Assembly: GCF_964355755.1 (NCBI RefSeq)
Contig: NC_092680.1
Location: 8,184,001-8,248,000 of the forward strand
Direction: 5' to 3'
DNA: 64,000 nucleotides
Source of the DNA: Antedon mediterranea
Taxonomy: Eukaryota; Animalia; Echinodermata
Both the position numbers and the translations under genes were made by a program. Positions 42,601 through 54,146 of the stretch are shown piece after piece (within the stretch, counting starts at the first letter, position 1; the number at the start of each line of letters is the position of its first letter). Below the pieces are notes generated by a model. The model had not been told where the DNA came from and ran no database searches. It worked only from the letters and a program-made list of their open reading frames with translations.

Positions 42601-45600
42601 GGCGCTGTATCCCGGACAACGTTGCCAGGCTAACGTCGGTATTGCCAGAAAAAACCGTTGATTTGGAGATTTTAAACCGTCATTTACTCGACGACTAACC
42701 GTTTATACGGTAATAATTTTATCTAAAAAAATTCTAAATACGTTTCTGCAAAAGCACAAGCATTTTTTAGAAAATACTCCATAGATTTCAAGAGTTATAG
42801 CCAAAAAACTGCAAATTGTCCATTGGAGGGATAGGAATATATTCGCAAAGTGACGTCACCCGCGAATTTTTTTGATTTTCAAATGGGGCTTTCCCCAAAA
42901 GGGCGAATTTATATTTTGTAACAATATACATTCTAGCAACACCTAATAGCCCCCAAAACATCATTCTAAAATGAAAAAAATCGAAAATCCATTTCAGGTC
43001 CATTTTAAGAGTAAGAAATGGTTAATACAAATTACACTATGACAACCTTGATGTTGTATGTTTGTCTTTTGTTTTGGTAAAATATGTTTTTTTGTTGTTG
43101 AAATGTTAATGGCATGAAATTGGGTTATAAATCATTCAAAATAACTTTTATTTTGTAAAACAATAATACTCTGACTATACTATATAACCATATTTTACAT
43201 GTTTTTTTTTACACACCAGCATATGGCCGTTCTGGATCTCGGGAGCTTGACCGTCCAGACGAGTCCACTCCACAGCGACATTCTGCCAACCTGGACCAAG
43301 TAAGTGGCCCTGGTAGCAAAATAGCCTATGCAGACTCTGAAAATGGTGATCACAAGGTATGGTAACCAATATTCATTACATCAATTTATATAATTCAATA
43401 CAGGAGTCACATACCTTATGAATATATAACCGGTTCAGAGTTCACTTTTTGGAATGAATGAAGCATGTCCTGCTATAAATACCTACAAAATGTGTACTGA
43501 AAATTGCATTTATAAATCTTATTTCAGTTTGGTTTAATATTTAATTCAGATATTTATAGTTGTTTTGTTTTGTTGAATTCCATTTTAATATAATGTCTGA
43601 GGTCCCTGTTTTTGTATGCATATCTTTCAAACTTTTAAAAGCTTTCAACATCAGTTGCATACATGTGACAGAAAAATACAATGCATTCAATGACCATGGA
43701 ACGAAAGAAAATATTGTATAAATAAGTAAATATAATGCTATATTCTTTTACTTATTTGAATCTATATATCTAAACAATAATAGCACAGAGATCACTAAAT
43801 GTTCTATGATTACAATAGGATATGAATGTAGCATTATGGGATTGATCAATAAAAACATAAGCAGTCAAATAGGATGCTTGTTGACAGACTGTAGGTTGAA
43901 AAATACAAGATCAGTACAATGTATATTACATTGTCTGTCTGAATAATAAATAACGTAGGAGATTACTTGAATTACTAGATACAATAGTTTGATTAGGATA
44001 TTTTAACAAGTCACATTTATTTTTTTAATTTTTTAAATTTACACATAATATATTTAAATGATATGCAGTGTATGAAAAATGACCTATAAAGCAATTATGT
44101 ATATATTTATATTAGACAAATTAACTTTGAAATAATACTATTTTGTACTATTGTCTGTCTTTTTCATTCCTTTCATCTCCCAAACTCATCCGCTCGGGCT
44201 GCTTAGATCCACTATGTCGATTCGGACGAGAGCGACCATGAGATTGGTGTAAACGCAAACAATAACAATTTAAGTTTGCCCAGAAGGGTATGTTTTATTC
44301 ATAAAACAGCTGCATTATTTCGCATGAGTTGCAAATATGCAAATAAGTTTAGAATTTTAGAGTATTATGCTAATGAAATTCTTAGTGCAACTTTAACTGC
44401 TCCCACCCTTTTCTTAATTTCTCGCTTTGATGTTTAAACAATAGTAAACTTATTTGTAGATGGTTGCAAAGACTCCCAACAATACCACATCAAATCAAGT
44501 ACAGTGTTTTATATTCTTCATTGAAATTCCTGTATTGGTTTTTGCTACAGTTAATGTGTTGTCAAGATTGTTTGTTTTTCATTCAAATAGACACATAAAC
44601 CACTGGCACTAACTTTTTATTTCACTTGTATTTCAAACATTTTTTAAGTTTCAATTAAATCAACCAATGATTTGTCTTGTTCCCTGACCTTTTGACCTTT
44701 CGCCACATTTTCAAAATGTGTAACCAAGCCAAAAATGATTGTTTGACCACCCTAAACCAATTTCTGAAGTCAAATTCTCTGGACCTCAAAGTGCATACGA
44801 AAGTTGATCTAGCTACTAGAGTAACTGGCACTAACTTTTTATTTCACGTGTACTTCAAACATTTTTTAAGTTTCAATTAAATCAACCAATGATTTGTCTT
44901 GGATGCATGATGGCTCACAAATATAAAAACACAGAAACATGTAATTAGTTGGTATAGGAGCTGCGCTTTATGGGGCAAATAATTAAAAAGCTTTTCAGGT
45001 ATTCTTATTTTTGCCATGACTTTTTAAAATCTTTTTATAATCTGATTATAAATCGTTTTATTAGATATTTGATTCCTCTGATTATCATTTTTTGTACGAT
45101 TGAATTTTGATGCAATCATTGCAAAATTAATAAGAAAAAAAGTATCGTTTTATCTACATCATAGCTGTCACCCCAGGCTGATGCATATTGTCCATGTTAT
45201 ATTAGTAGTACAGCTCGGATAACTTCAACCCATTAAATACAGTTCAAAATCCTCATATCGCATGTGGAATGCAATTTAAGCTTTAAAAAGAGATATTGTG
45301 TTGTAGGTAATACAATTTGCATAGGTATCACTATGTTCCTTGAGAGTATAAACAGTAGTGTTCCTAACACTTTCAAAATCCATGTTGAACGTTATTATAT
45401 TTAATGCAAGTTTAATAGTAATTAGATATGAATATGAAGAATGATGAATATTGATATGTTTAATACCTAGTTCACATATGCTTTAGTTCAACACAAAAAA
45501 ATGCAGTGATTTAAAAATAAACGATTAAACTAGTGAAATTTAAAAAAACAAGCAATTGGTTTTGTAACATTATGGATTCTTCTTCATTCTTTAACTCTTT

Positions 45601-48600
45601 TACTTCAAGGCATATTGCATATTGATATCTATATACTGACTATCAATATAAATCCTTTTGCTAAGTAGACATCTTGTACTTTGAGAATAATACATAATAA
45701 TAATAATAACAATCTGTTTTTTCTTTTACTCACAATAAAATATCAAATTGTTTACTATTTCTAGTGTGAATGTAGCAATATCGTTTATCTTCTAAAGTGT
45801 GTCATCATATTAAGTTTGTCAATTTTAGAGCCATCTTCAACTTGATAAAAAAATCATTTTCATAATAGCATGATTTTAGTGAGTGTTAAAGTTATAATTT
45901 TGTTTAGCAATAATTGCTAATCAAAATGAATGTTCAGTCTGTAACATAAATTTATATTGAATATTTTGCTACACAATTTTGTAAATGTGTATCAAGAAGG
46001 TTATATAACTTTTGATATGCTACACTGGCAAATGATTCAAATATGATATTCTCAATGTAGTAAACAATGTATTGAGTACTTCACACACTTGGAACATAAA
46101 TGATGTGCTACATATCAGCTACAAATAAAGATATGTAGCTATCACCTCAGGTCATATGTCGTAGTTTACCTGGTACCTTTACTAATGCTAGTTACTATAC
46201 TGTTCACCAGACCAATTTTTCTGCCTGGCATTTTTTAGTTTATGCTCTTCATTCTGTAATATGAATGAAGCACGATTTTTTATTCTGTACATTAAAATAA
46301 TTGTTAGACTTGAAATGGTATAGCATATACCAATAGTGAAATAGAGTAGTTTTTTAGTTTATTGTAGTTGTCTGCAGTATTATATTTAAGTGATTTCAAA
46401 AGTGCACTTGTATCACCTGTATGTAGATTTGTTTAGTTTTTTTGATTATTACAAGCCACAATTATACAATGTAAAGTAATGTTGCTATTTCTATTTCGTG
46501 TGCATTGTGTACTTTATTGTAATCTTCTGTTCTTTTTTCCATCTTCTTTGCTCGCCCTCACCGGTCGCCGTTGTTACAGGATGTGGATGCGACCTCCGAT
46601 GAGGGGGAATACGAAGGAGAAGTGTACCCTCAACCACCACCCAAACCAGCACATCAAATGAAGTATATGTCGGTCTGTTATAGCAAATCCATGTTATTAA
46701 ATTCCTTGGTGTCTATTTTTCCTTAGCTTTTGTTTACAGTGCTTGATAAACACAAGTAGTTTATATGTTTGTATAGAGTCTTGAAATTTGCAACCTTTCT
46801 CTGCCCTGTTAATCTGTTGTTATATATTGTACACTGTCATTAGATTTTAATTTTTACCATTCTAAGTCCCTGTTTATTATATATTTAATTTTGTCAATTG
46901 CTTTCTAGTGGTTAAATAATTGCACTGAAGTTAACCAATTCATGATTTAATTCAATTGATATGTAAATATTACATTAAGGTAAATATGCACTATGTAGTT
47001 CAGGAGTTGCCAACCTGATAAAGTCCATAATAACCTAAACTGCAGTATTTTCGTTCATGGTAGGGGCATCCATGACTTTATTCAGGGCCAATCCAAATTT
47101 CTTCAATTGAAAATGAATATTGTAAAACAAGCACAGTTAAAAAATGAACTTCAAACATCGGTAAACTCCATGATTTCAATTATATTAAATGATTTGTGGG
47201 AGTGATAAAATATTACTGTAGTGGACTGAGAGACTACCTCAACATATAAGACACACAACTCAAATAGGCAGAAAGTTATTGCATAGTCCAGTGGTCATGA
47301 AAACGAAAGCTCACTATAACCATGGAGGATTACTCTATGCTATAATTCTCCTAGTACATAAAAGAAAAAAGAATTATTGCTAGTATGATATTGTGTGAAT
47401 TACATGATCTTTGGAAACTATTCTCGTTAGGATCAGTGTGCTGTATAATACCACTGAGCATATCATTACTGACTTAAGCATTTGGATTACTTGAGATGGG
47501 TACAAGGTTCATTTCAGCTCAGTGCATACAAACTCTTAGACATCCTTGTTACATTTGCAGTTATTTTACGGACAATTAAATTACATTAACATTATTTGAA
47601 ATTGACTTGCACTCTTTATTATGAATTGGTTATTGTTGTAAAATATGCCACTGCATGCGACGATTAAACAATATGTTTATTATCCTACTGGCATGCGGAT
47701 TGAAATATAGAATAGAACTCTTGAAAATTATTGTTTTTTAAACTTTTTTTTTGCTTGTTTTTTTTTTTTACAGTACTTTTATTATTTAATATTTAAGTTT
47801 TATTTTTGTTAGATAAATAATTTTTAGATAAGTTTTTTGGTTTTTAAGTATTAAATTTACATTTTAAGTATAATTTTCAATTATAGAGTTAGATCAGTAG
47901 TGATACAGAATTGACAATTTGTATCAATATTTGTACAATATAAATATGTAGAAAAATTAACTTAAATTTCAATTACAATATTAAAGATGTATCTTGCCTT
48001 GCAAAACAATAATAAAATAAAAACTTGTGCTAACCATGTACACATAATTAAAATACATCATCACAAAAGTGAGCAATGTATAATTCACTTAATTTAAAGT
48101 CTTGAAATGTTGGTGATATTTTGTTTGGTGGTGCAAGATCTATGTTTTCTTCTTTATTTAAAGATTTTAAATTCACAATGCCCCTAAGTATCTCTAGTTA
48201 TTTTTGCATGTCAATCAGTGTGAACATATTGTACCTATCTATACTATACCTTATTGCATTTACCAATATACAAGCATTAGCATGAATAAGTATATATTTT
48301 TTTAATTGTATTGAAGAGATGTCAGATGTTTTTATTGTTGAATTCCTTTAATGTGAAAGATATTTTACCTTATGACATTTATTTAGAATTACTGGAATGT
48401 TTATTTAACTTTACATTTTTTATTCACAGATCGCACATATATACGTATTTCTTTTTTTTGTGTGTGTAATATTTTTATAACTATATTTAAAATCCGATAT
48501 AATTATAATGGATTATATTGAAATCTGAAGATTTAAAACGAATTACTTCAGCATGAGAACATTTTATCAATGTCTAACTAACCTATTGTGTGTTTTTTGT

Positions 48601-51600
48601 ATACCTTTATTTTAATTGATAATTCACTTCTAAATTTACTCATATGTTGTATACTAATTAATACAAATATGGTGAAATTCCAAATGTAATATAAACAATA
48701 CAGAATATCAGTACTGTACTAATAATTCTATATTGTTTGTCAATCATATAAGGGTGACTAATAAGTAAAATGTCTTGCCATCCACAGCACTCTGCTGACA
48801 ATATAACAGAGAGTGAATATCCAAATGAAGATAACAACATGAAATATGAAGTGACAACCAAGACAACAACTACACGTTATGAATATCAACAATCATATCC
48901 TGATGTAAGTATCTGTGAATATGGCTTTTTCAAAGAAAACTTATATAAAAACAAATATTTTAGTTCCGAGACATAATTTTTTATTCTTATAAATGTATTA
49001 CTATCTCAAAATTATTTGTATTAATATTTCAAGGAATAATTTAAATGAGTCATTCTTTGGTATATTAGTATTGTATACAATTTTGTCAACCTACAAACAA
49101 ATTAGTAGACAGTACTGTACTATTTGTGCTATTGGTACTGTACTATTTGTGCTATTGGTACTGTACTATTTGTGCTATTGGTACTGTACTATTTGTGCTA
49201 TTGGTACTCTTTGTGCTATTGGTACTGTACTATTTGTGCTATTGGTACTGTACTATTTGTGCTATTGGTACTGTACTATTTGTGCTATTGGTACTCTTTG
49301 TGCTATTGGTACTGTACTATTTGTGCTATTGGTACTGTACTATTTGTGCTATTGGTACTGTACTATTTGTGCTATTGGTACTCTTTGTGCTATTGGTACT
49401 GTACTATTTGTGCTCTTAGTACTGTACTATTTGTGCTATTGGTACTGTACTATTGGTGCTATTCGTACTGTACTATTTGTGCAATTCTTACTGTACTATT
49501 TGTGCTATTCGTACTGTACTATTTGTGCTATTGGTACTGTAATATCGTTTCTCATGGATAAATTATTTTAATATGCTATGTGCAACTGACTTCGTTATAC
49601 TATTTGTAAAGAACAGCATCAAGGTAAATCAAGTTAGTTGTATAGAGTGAAGTCAGACTAATACAAATTGATCCATGAGAAAGTAAACTGTACCAATAGT
49701 AGATTGAATAATTATGTACTTATTTACAAATCCTCTTGTCCGTGGTGTTTAGTTACTAGCATGGTGGTATTCTTGACTTTCAATATATACTTTTTTATTG
49801 TATGTGTTTTCTTTTGTCTTATTTGTTAATGGCATGTATTGAAATTATTCATATATAATTATTGGAATCTAATCAAGAATGCTCAAGAAAGGAATAATTG
49901 ATATTCCATTTAAACATGAGTTTCTGGAACCCTGCCCCACATTCCTACCTCCATTTGTTCTGTGTGCATATCTATTTTTTTTTTTACTATGCATTTTTTT
50001 CTTTGTGGGCATCTTTTGGTATTGGTGTTTCATATTTATGTTTTACATGATAGCAAGTGAACGAGGAAGTCAAGTGTGATGTTGCGGCAGCTGATGAGGA
50101 TGTACCTCCATCAGAGCTTCCCGCACCACCATTGGTTGACGAGGGTGATCCCTCCACTCCCTCTGGTGCAGTTGCAGCTCCAGTTGCCAGGGCTAAGGTG
50201 ATGCATCATAACCAACGATCATCACTAACCATTGCATGGCTTTTAATTGCATCATTATTACAGTTTTTTTATATCATTAATGTGAACACATGCTTATAAT
50301 AATCCAAGCATTACTTATGAGTACAAAGCCATTATAATATTGTATGATAAACAAAAATTAATAACCTATTATTCATATTGGCCTAGTTTAATGTTTTGAA
50401 GTTCTTTGATAGTTAAAATATCATTAGTTTACATAGCATCATTTCATTTCATACAATGAAGTGCACCCACGATTTCTAATTTTAATCAGCATTAATCCAC
50501 TTATATTAATCTACTTACCATAAATGATTAAATAAGCGTCTGAGTTGATTATGCACTACAGTTTAAAAAATGGAAGCCCAAACTATATATTTTGCACTAT
50601 TTTTTAAAGTTTAAATTTAAACAAAATGAAACATACTCATTGACTATTGTTCTGGCAATCTAATTCGAGAATAAGAACTTAAAACTAGAGGTCCAGTGTA
50701 TACACTTCACTCATGTGTAGTTTAAAAGAATAGGCGATTACCCTGCTGTACTGGATCATTTCAGCACCTGTCATTTATGGTGGTAGACACTGTACTGTGA
50801 CTGCCAGGTGTCCGGAGAGGGTCTAATCCAAATGATGTACACAAAAAAATACACTACCTGGGATTTATGTTACACATTAATTATCCACCCGTCCCCAAAT
50901 AAGCAGCTCTTATTATAGGCTGCTGCAGTCAACATCATTTTCTATACAGAAAACATAGGAAATGGTATAATCAAACTTTGTGCTTATTTTTATTGTTTAT
51001 GGTATCCTCAGTTGCTTTGAATTTGTTTGTACTTTTGATAACATGACATTGAGGATATTGCCGACAATATACTTTCATTGCAGTAAGGTTTGATTAGCAA
51101 TATTCATAGCCATATACCACACTTGGTTATTACTTGTAGCATTACGTTATTTTTTGAAAAAAAGAGATACTATATATTATTAACCTTTCTGACCAGACGT
51201 TGCAGTAAGAAGATAATAACCACTGTATTTAATTTGATGGTCTAATTGTTACTTAGGATGATGATGATGACATGATGGTTGCACCTGCCCCAGCATATGA
51301 TGGCGTACCAGAAGTAAAGACGGCGATGCTTAAGTACCAGACTGGCGAGGACGATGATCGCCAGAAGACAACAGAGGTACCGTATGTGCACACAGAGAAC
51401 ACTACCATCACTTATGAAAAGGATGGGACAGCTGTCGATGGCCATGATCCAGGGATGCTGATTAGTGCCCAGACACTGACCAGTGAATCTCACATGACCA
51501 CTACCACAACACACATTACAAAGGTAGTGAAATGTTCTTTTCTCAGTTAATATTTTGATTGTTCTTTATTGTCTGTTGAAGATTAAAAATTAGTTCAAAC

Positions 51601-52551
51601 GACATTTACAAATGTCTAAAGTAGGTGATGCAATTTGTATCTTTTATGGCTATGTTATCTTAACTTTTCTGTTTTCTTCAGCCTAGTATTTTAATTAAAG
51701 AGACTATCTATATATTATCCCACCTGGAGGACTATTTCAGTCTCTTCGGTATTTATCTACACATTCATCGTGTAGTCACCTGAGCTGTCAGGGTTGTAGT
51801 ACTCGTGGATGAATATGTATTAAGAATTTACTTCTGTCTTGTACTGTGTCTTCGTTTCGAGCGATTCCTCTCCTTGTGCCTCAACCCCTGGGGCTGGTCA
51901 TGACGTATTTCGCCATTGGCCAGTCCCAGGGTCGGATTTTGGGGTTGGCGTAGGCCAGACTATCGGCTTTGACGTATAAATGACGTAACCACTAGCTAAT
52001 CATCCAGGCACTACAATCCTCCCTGTTTTATTTTTGTTGTGTCCTGCCCCCTGACTATTCTTGAACTGGTATCTTCTAAGAGGGCAGATATTTGTACAAA
52101 TTTGATTTGCATTGATGTGTCAATTCACCATGAGCATCTTATTCTTTTATTCTGATAGTCACTGCCGCACAATAACTCTACATTATTGTTTGTTATTTGA
52201 CAACATACACAGTATAAGACAAAATAAAATCTTTTTTCCCATTAGACTGTAAAAGGTGGTGTTACCGAGACCAAAGTAGAAAAGAAAATCATCATTCAAG
52301 GAGACGGTGATATTGATCATGATAGGGTAAGTTTTATTTTGTTTACAAAACATTAGAATTGAGTATCATTAAATCATTAATTGCAAACCTTTACAAAATA
52401 ATAGATATTAAGTAAATTGATTGATAAATGTTTCTTTTAGGTCCTAGCTGAAACTTTGGCCGAAGAGCAAGAACGTAACCCTGATTTTACCGTCACTAAA
52501 GTGGTTGTACACAAGGAAGGTGAAGAGTTCTCAAACGGCATCCAGGACTGA
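12590..52551 (+). CDS. EPB41: Protein 4.1 / coracle homolog (band 4.1 family: FERM, FA, C-terminal domain), about 724 aa, 16 coding exons
   Basis: Phase-compatible GT-AG exons: 12590-12637, 13355-13546, 18574-18678, 24305-24347, 38170-38245, 39794-40259, 40972-41069, 41244-41416, 43220-43299 (or 43356), 44207-44287, 46580-46672, 48788-48904, 50054-50197, 51257-51523, 52246-52326, 52441-52551. Motifs: [125 protein letters not shown]. Which vertebrate paralog it corresponds to cannot be assigned. Confidence 0.93.
13355..13546 (+). CDS. EPB41: Protein 4.1 exon, start of FERM N-lobe
   Basis: acag|...[18 protein letters not shown]|gtaagt; 192 nt. Confidence 0.88.
14342..14965. mobile_element. Kolobok-like non-autonomous DNA transposon
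   Basis: TTAA|AGACCCCTTCCCTGC ... GTAGGGAAGGGGGCT|TTAA. Confidence 0.72.
18437..18540 (+). pseudogene. Degenerate tandem duplicate of the acceptor and 5' part of FERM exon 18574-18678
   Basis: tttggttacttaatt.ttgtctt.agAAACGTTCAAAG...CTTGAACTTGCTGGAGAAAGATT occurs twice about 105 bp apart. The upstream copy has an indel and an in-frame TAA. Confidence 0.85.
18574..18678 (+). CDS. EPB41: Protein 4.1 FERM exon
   Basis: [35 protein letters not shown], cag|...|gtacag. Confidence 0.92.
20123..21401 (-). pseudogene. Sola2-type DDE transposase remnant (C-terminal half, frameshifted, split by a SINE)
   Basis: [27 protein letters not shown], then (frameshift) [36 protein letters not shown]|MDIPGI, and [30 protein letters not shown]. 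Confidence 0.82.
20673..21027 (+). mobile_element. tRNA-derived SINE with Deu/Nin-domain-like core
   Basis: A box TGGCCGAGCGCTTAAGGC, B box GGTTCGAGGCC. Core GGATAAGGACTATAAACCGTAGGTCC...TAAAGAACCC...TATTCGAAAAAGAGTAGGGG..ACCCCGGT resembles the DeuSINE/Nin core as recalled. A-rich tail. Removing it rejoins the transposase. Confidence 0.78.
24305..24347 (+). CDS. EPB41: Protein 4.1 FERM exon
   Basis: [14 protein letters not shown], atag|...|gtaagt, 43 nt. Confidence 0.92.
25591..25676 (-). pseudogene. tRNA-like pseudogene or SINE head
   Basis: Minus strand has A box TGGCTTGGTGG, B box GGTTCAAGTCC and a downstream T6 run. Acceptor and anticodon arms are imperfect. Confidence 0.55.
26788..28703. 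mobile_element. Harbinger-like MITE (AGCTCTGTCTACACTATCAA family) split by a 1.75-kb insertion
   Basis: TAA TSD on both sides. The two halves rejoin to the sequence of the uninterrupted copy at about 6487-6623. Confidence 0.8.
26890..28642. mobile_element. Unclassified non-autonomous TIR element, 15-bp TIR, 5-bp TSD
   Basis: TGTCC|CTACGCTCGCGCTAA ... TTAGCGCGAGCGTAG|TGTCC; subterminal TTGGCGAAA/TTCGCCA repeats. Confidence 0.8.
29136..29420. repeat. Minisatellite: three 65-bp units plus degenerate TGACATGTCA-containing units
   Basis: Units start at 29136, 29201 and 29266. Confidence 0.9.
34809..35487. mobile_element. PIF/Harbinger-like non-autonomous element
   Basis: TTA|GACCCCATTTACACTTCA ... 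TGAAGTGTAAATGGGGTG|TTA; GC-rich GAGCCGGC repeats. Confidence 0.8.
38170..38245 (+). CDS. EPB41: Protein 4.1 FERM exon
   Basis: [25 protein letters not shown]. Confidence 0.93.
39520..39757 (+). mobile_element. 3' end remnant of an L2/CR1-group LINE
   Basis: Degenerate [28 protein letters not shown], the typical L2 ORF2 C-terminus, followed by an (ATT)n tail. Confidence 0.65.
39794..40259 (+). CDS. EPB41: Protein 4.1 FERM central and C-lobe exon
   Basis: [29 protein letters not shown]...KIRPGE|gtttgt. Confidence 0.97.
40972..41416 (+). CDS. EPB41: Protein 4.1 exons 40972-41069 (end of FERM-C) and 41244-41416 (FA domain)
   Basis: [33 protein letters not shown] / [26 protein letters not shown]...SMDG. 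Confidence 0.94.
41875..43004. mobile_element. Kolobok-like non-autonomous DNA transposon
   Basis: TTAA|AATGGACCTGAAATGGA ... TCCATTTCAGGTCCATT|TTAA, perfect TIR. Confidence 0.82.
43220..50197 (+). CDS. EPB41: Protein 4.1 variable-region exons (43220-43299/43356, 44207-44287, 46580-46672, 48788-48904, 50054-50197)
   Basis: GC-richer open segments with AG/GT borders and compatible phases, encoding acidic and Pro-rich low-complexity peptides. The donor at 46672 is weak. Confidence 0.7.
44602..44901. repeat. About 78-bp direct repeat (44602-44679, 44824-44901) around a unique 144-bp spacer
   Basis: ACTGGCACTAACTTTTTATTTCAC...TCAACCAATGATTTGTCTTG occurs twice with few differences. Confidence 0.85.
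49110..49540. repeat. 23-bp minisatellite with 87-bp higher-order structure
   Basis: (ACTGTACTATTTGTGCTATTGGT)n, with an 18-bp variant as every fourth unit, three times. Confidence 0.95.
50665..50760 (+). mobile_element. Decayed Deu/Nin-core SINE fragment
   Basis: GAATAAGAACTTAAAACTAGAGGTCCAGTGTATACAC...AAGAATAGGCGATTACCCTG resembles 20800-20910. Confidence 0.55.
51257..52551 (+). CDS. EPB41: Protein 4.1 C-terminal domain exons (51257-51523, 52246-52326, 52441-52551)
   Basis: [15 protein letters not shown]...[19 protein letters not shown]|[27 protein letters not shown]|[26 protein letters not shown]...*. Confidence 0.93.
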
Positions 52552-52892
52552 TTGTCAAACACGAACCAGGCATTTACGTGATGCTTTGCTGCACCGAATG
52601 TGGATCAGAATGTTGTTTGATGTCTTTGAGTGGTTTACTGTCCAAATGATCAATTTTATAATTGTCTTCGTTGCTCAAATCACACCCTATCTATTATTTT
52701 CTTGTTTAATACTGTGATGCATGGATCAAAACTGTGTTGTACATTTCTGTTTGATGAAGCATTGGTAATAAACTGTTTAGTAAATCTAAGTGTACAAATA
52801 ATAGTTAAATAAAGTAGGTAAGTTAATGGGACATTCATTGACACCTCATTCTTTGTACTGTATCTCCATATGGTATTATATGTCCAATATCA

Positions 52893-52999
52893 TAGGAGAA
52901 TTCTGTAATACAGTGTCATACGTATCACATGTGGTGCCTGTATCATGCTAACAGGTGTTGCGTGTGATACATGTGACTCTGTATCACAGAATTTGCCTA
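52893..52999. repeat. Short fold-back (MITE-like) element in the presumed 3' UTR
   Basis: About 37-bp imperfect inverted arms TAGGAGAATTCTGTAATACAG..GTATCACA / TGTGATAC..CTGTATCACAGAATTTGCCTA; a related decayed copy lies at about 25290-25420. Confidence 0.65.
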
Positions 53000-53915
53000 T
53001 TATACTGTACAATGTATAGATATAGTACCTAGAATCAGCTGACATACTGTGACATGATTTTTTTTAAGGTAGTTAATAAAACATTCAATATTGACATCAG
53101 GTATATAGGGTTTTTATGGCACTTTTTGTAGATTTTAAACTGTGTGAAATAGCAATCAAGATACTGTAGAATCTTGATAATAGTAAATTCACCACACCAC
53201 TAACATATGATATTTGATTTTATAAGCCACTGCAATTTATATGATGATTGTTTTTTCATACAATAAAGAGAATCTAATATGTGTTGCCAAAGTAATTCAG
53301 TATCAGAAATAGATAATTATATATATATAAATATGTAATATGAATGTCCCAAGCATTGAATTGTGTGATTATTATAAATTAGGCCTATTTGTTGATGCAA
53401 TCTAAAATTTATATTCTTTAGTGAAGCTAATGAGAATTTAATAACTTAATTATTAATTAAACTTAGACCGTAAAACTGTTTGTTTATGTTGTCGTAATTT
53501 TGCTTTAAAATACTAATTACTCTCTTTCTTTGATGAACATCTTTGGTTAGTTGAAATTGCATGCTTGAGTAATATTTCTATAGCACCCTACATTTTTATT
53601 TTAGATTTTGGCATGGAAGTAGTAGTTTGTTTATAGCAAGAATTCATATTTGTCATAACACAAAAATCTTAGTGGCCGAGCCTGTTTTTCAATTGTGCTT
53701 GGACAACATAATGATTTCATTTTAGGTTCTATGCTTGGTGTAATGTTTTTGTAATAAAAATAATTTTAAACACATGTAGAAAGCATAATGGTTTATATAT
53801 ACACAATGAATTTGCTGCTAATGCTAGCTATTTAAACTTCTGTTAGTGTGAACATAAGCAGTACACAATTTTTGTATTGTTTTTTTTATCTACAATAATT
53901 ATATTATATTCTTTA

Positions 53916-54146
53916 ATGTTATTTTTTTACTTTGTACTTCAAATGTTACAAAGAGAATGTATTTAATTCATTATCAACACAGTCAAAGTAATTGTCCCAT
54001 ATAATTTTAAAAGTAATGGCATGTATTTTCATGTTATTTTTTTTACTTTGTACTTCAAATGTTACAAAGAGAATGTATTTAATTCATTATCAACACAGTC
54101 AAAGTAATTGTCCCATATAATTTTAAAAGTAATGGCATGTATTTTC
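53916..54146. repeat. Near-perfect tandem duplication, 115/116 bp
   Basis: Copies start at 53916 and 54031 and differ by one T in a homopolymer. Confidence 0.92.

Noticed and set aside
48993-49571. 192/145/97-aa overlapping hydrophobic Cys-rich ORFs
   Set aside because: They are translations of a 23-bp minisatellite in an intron, with no independent coding signal.
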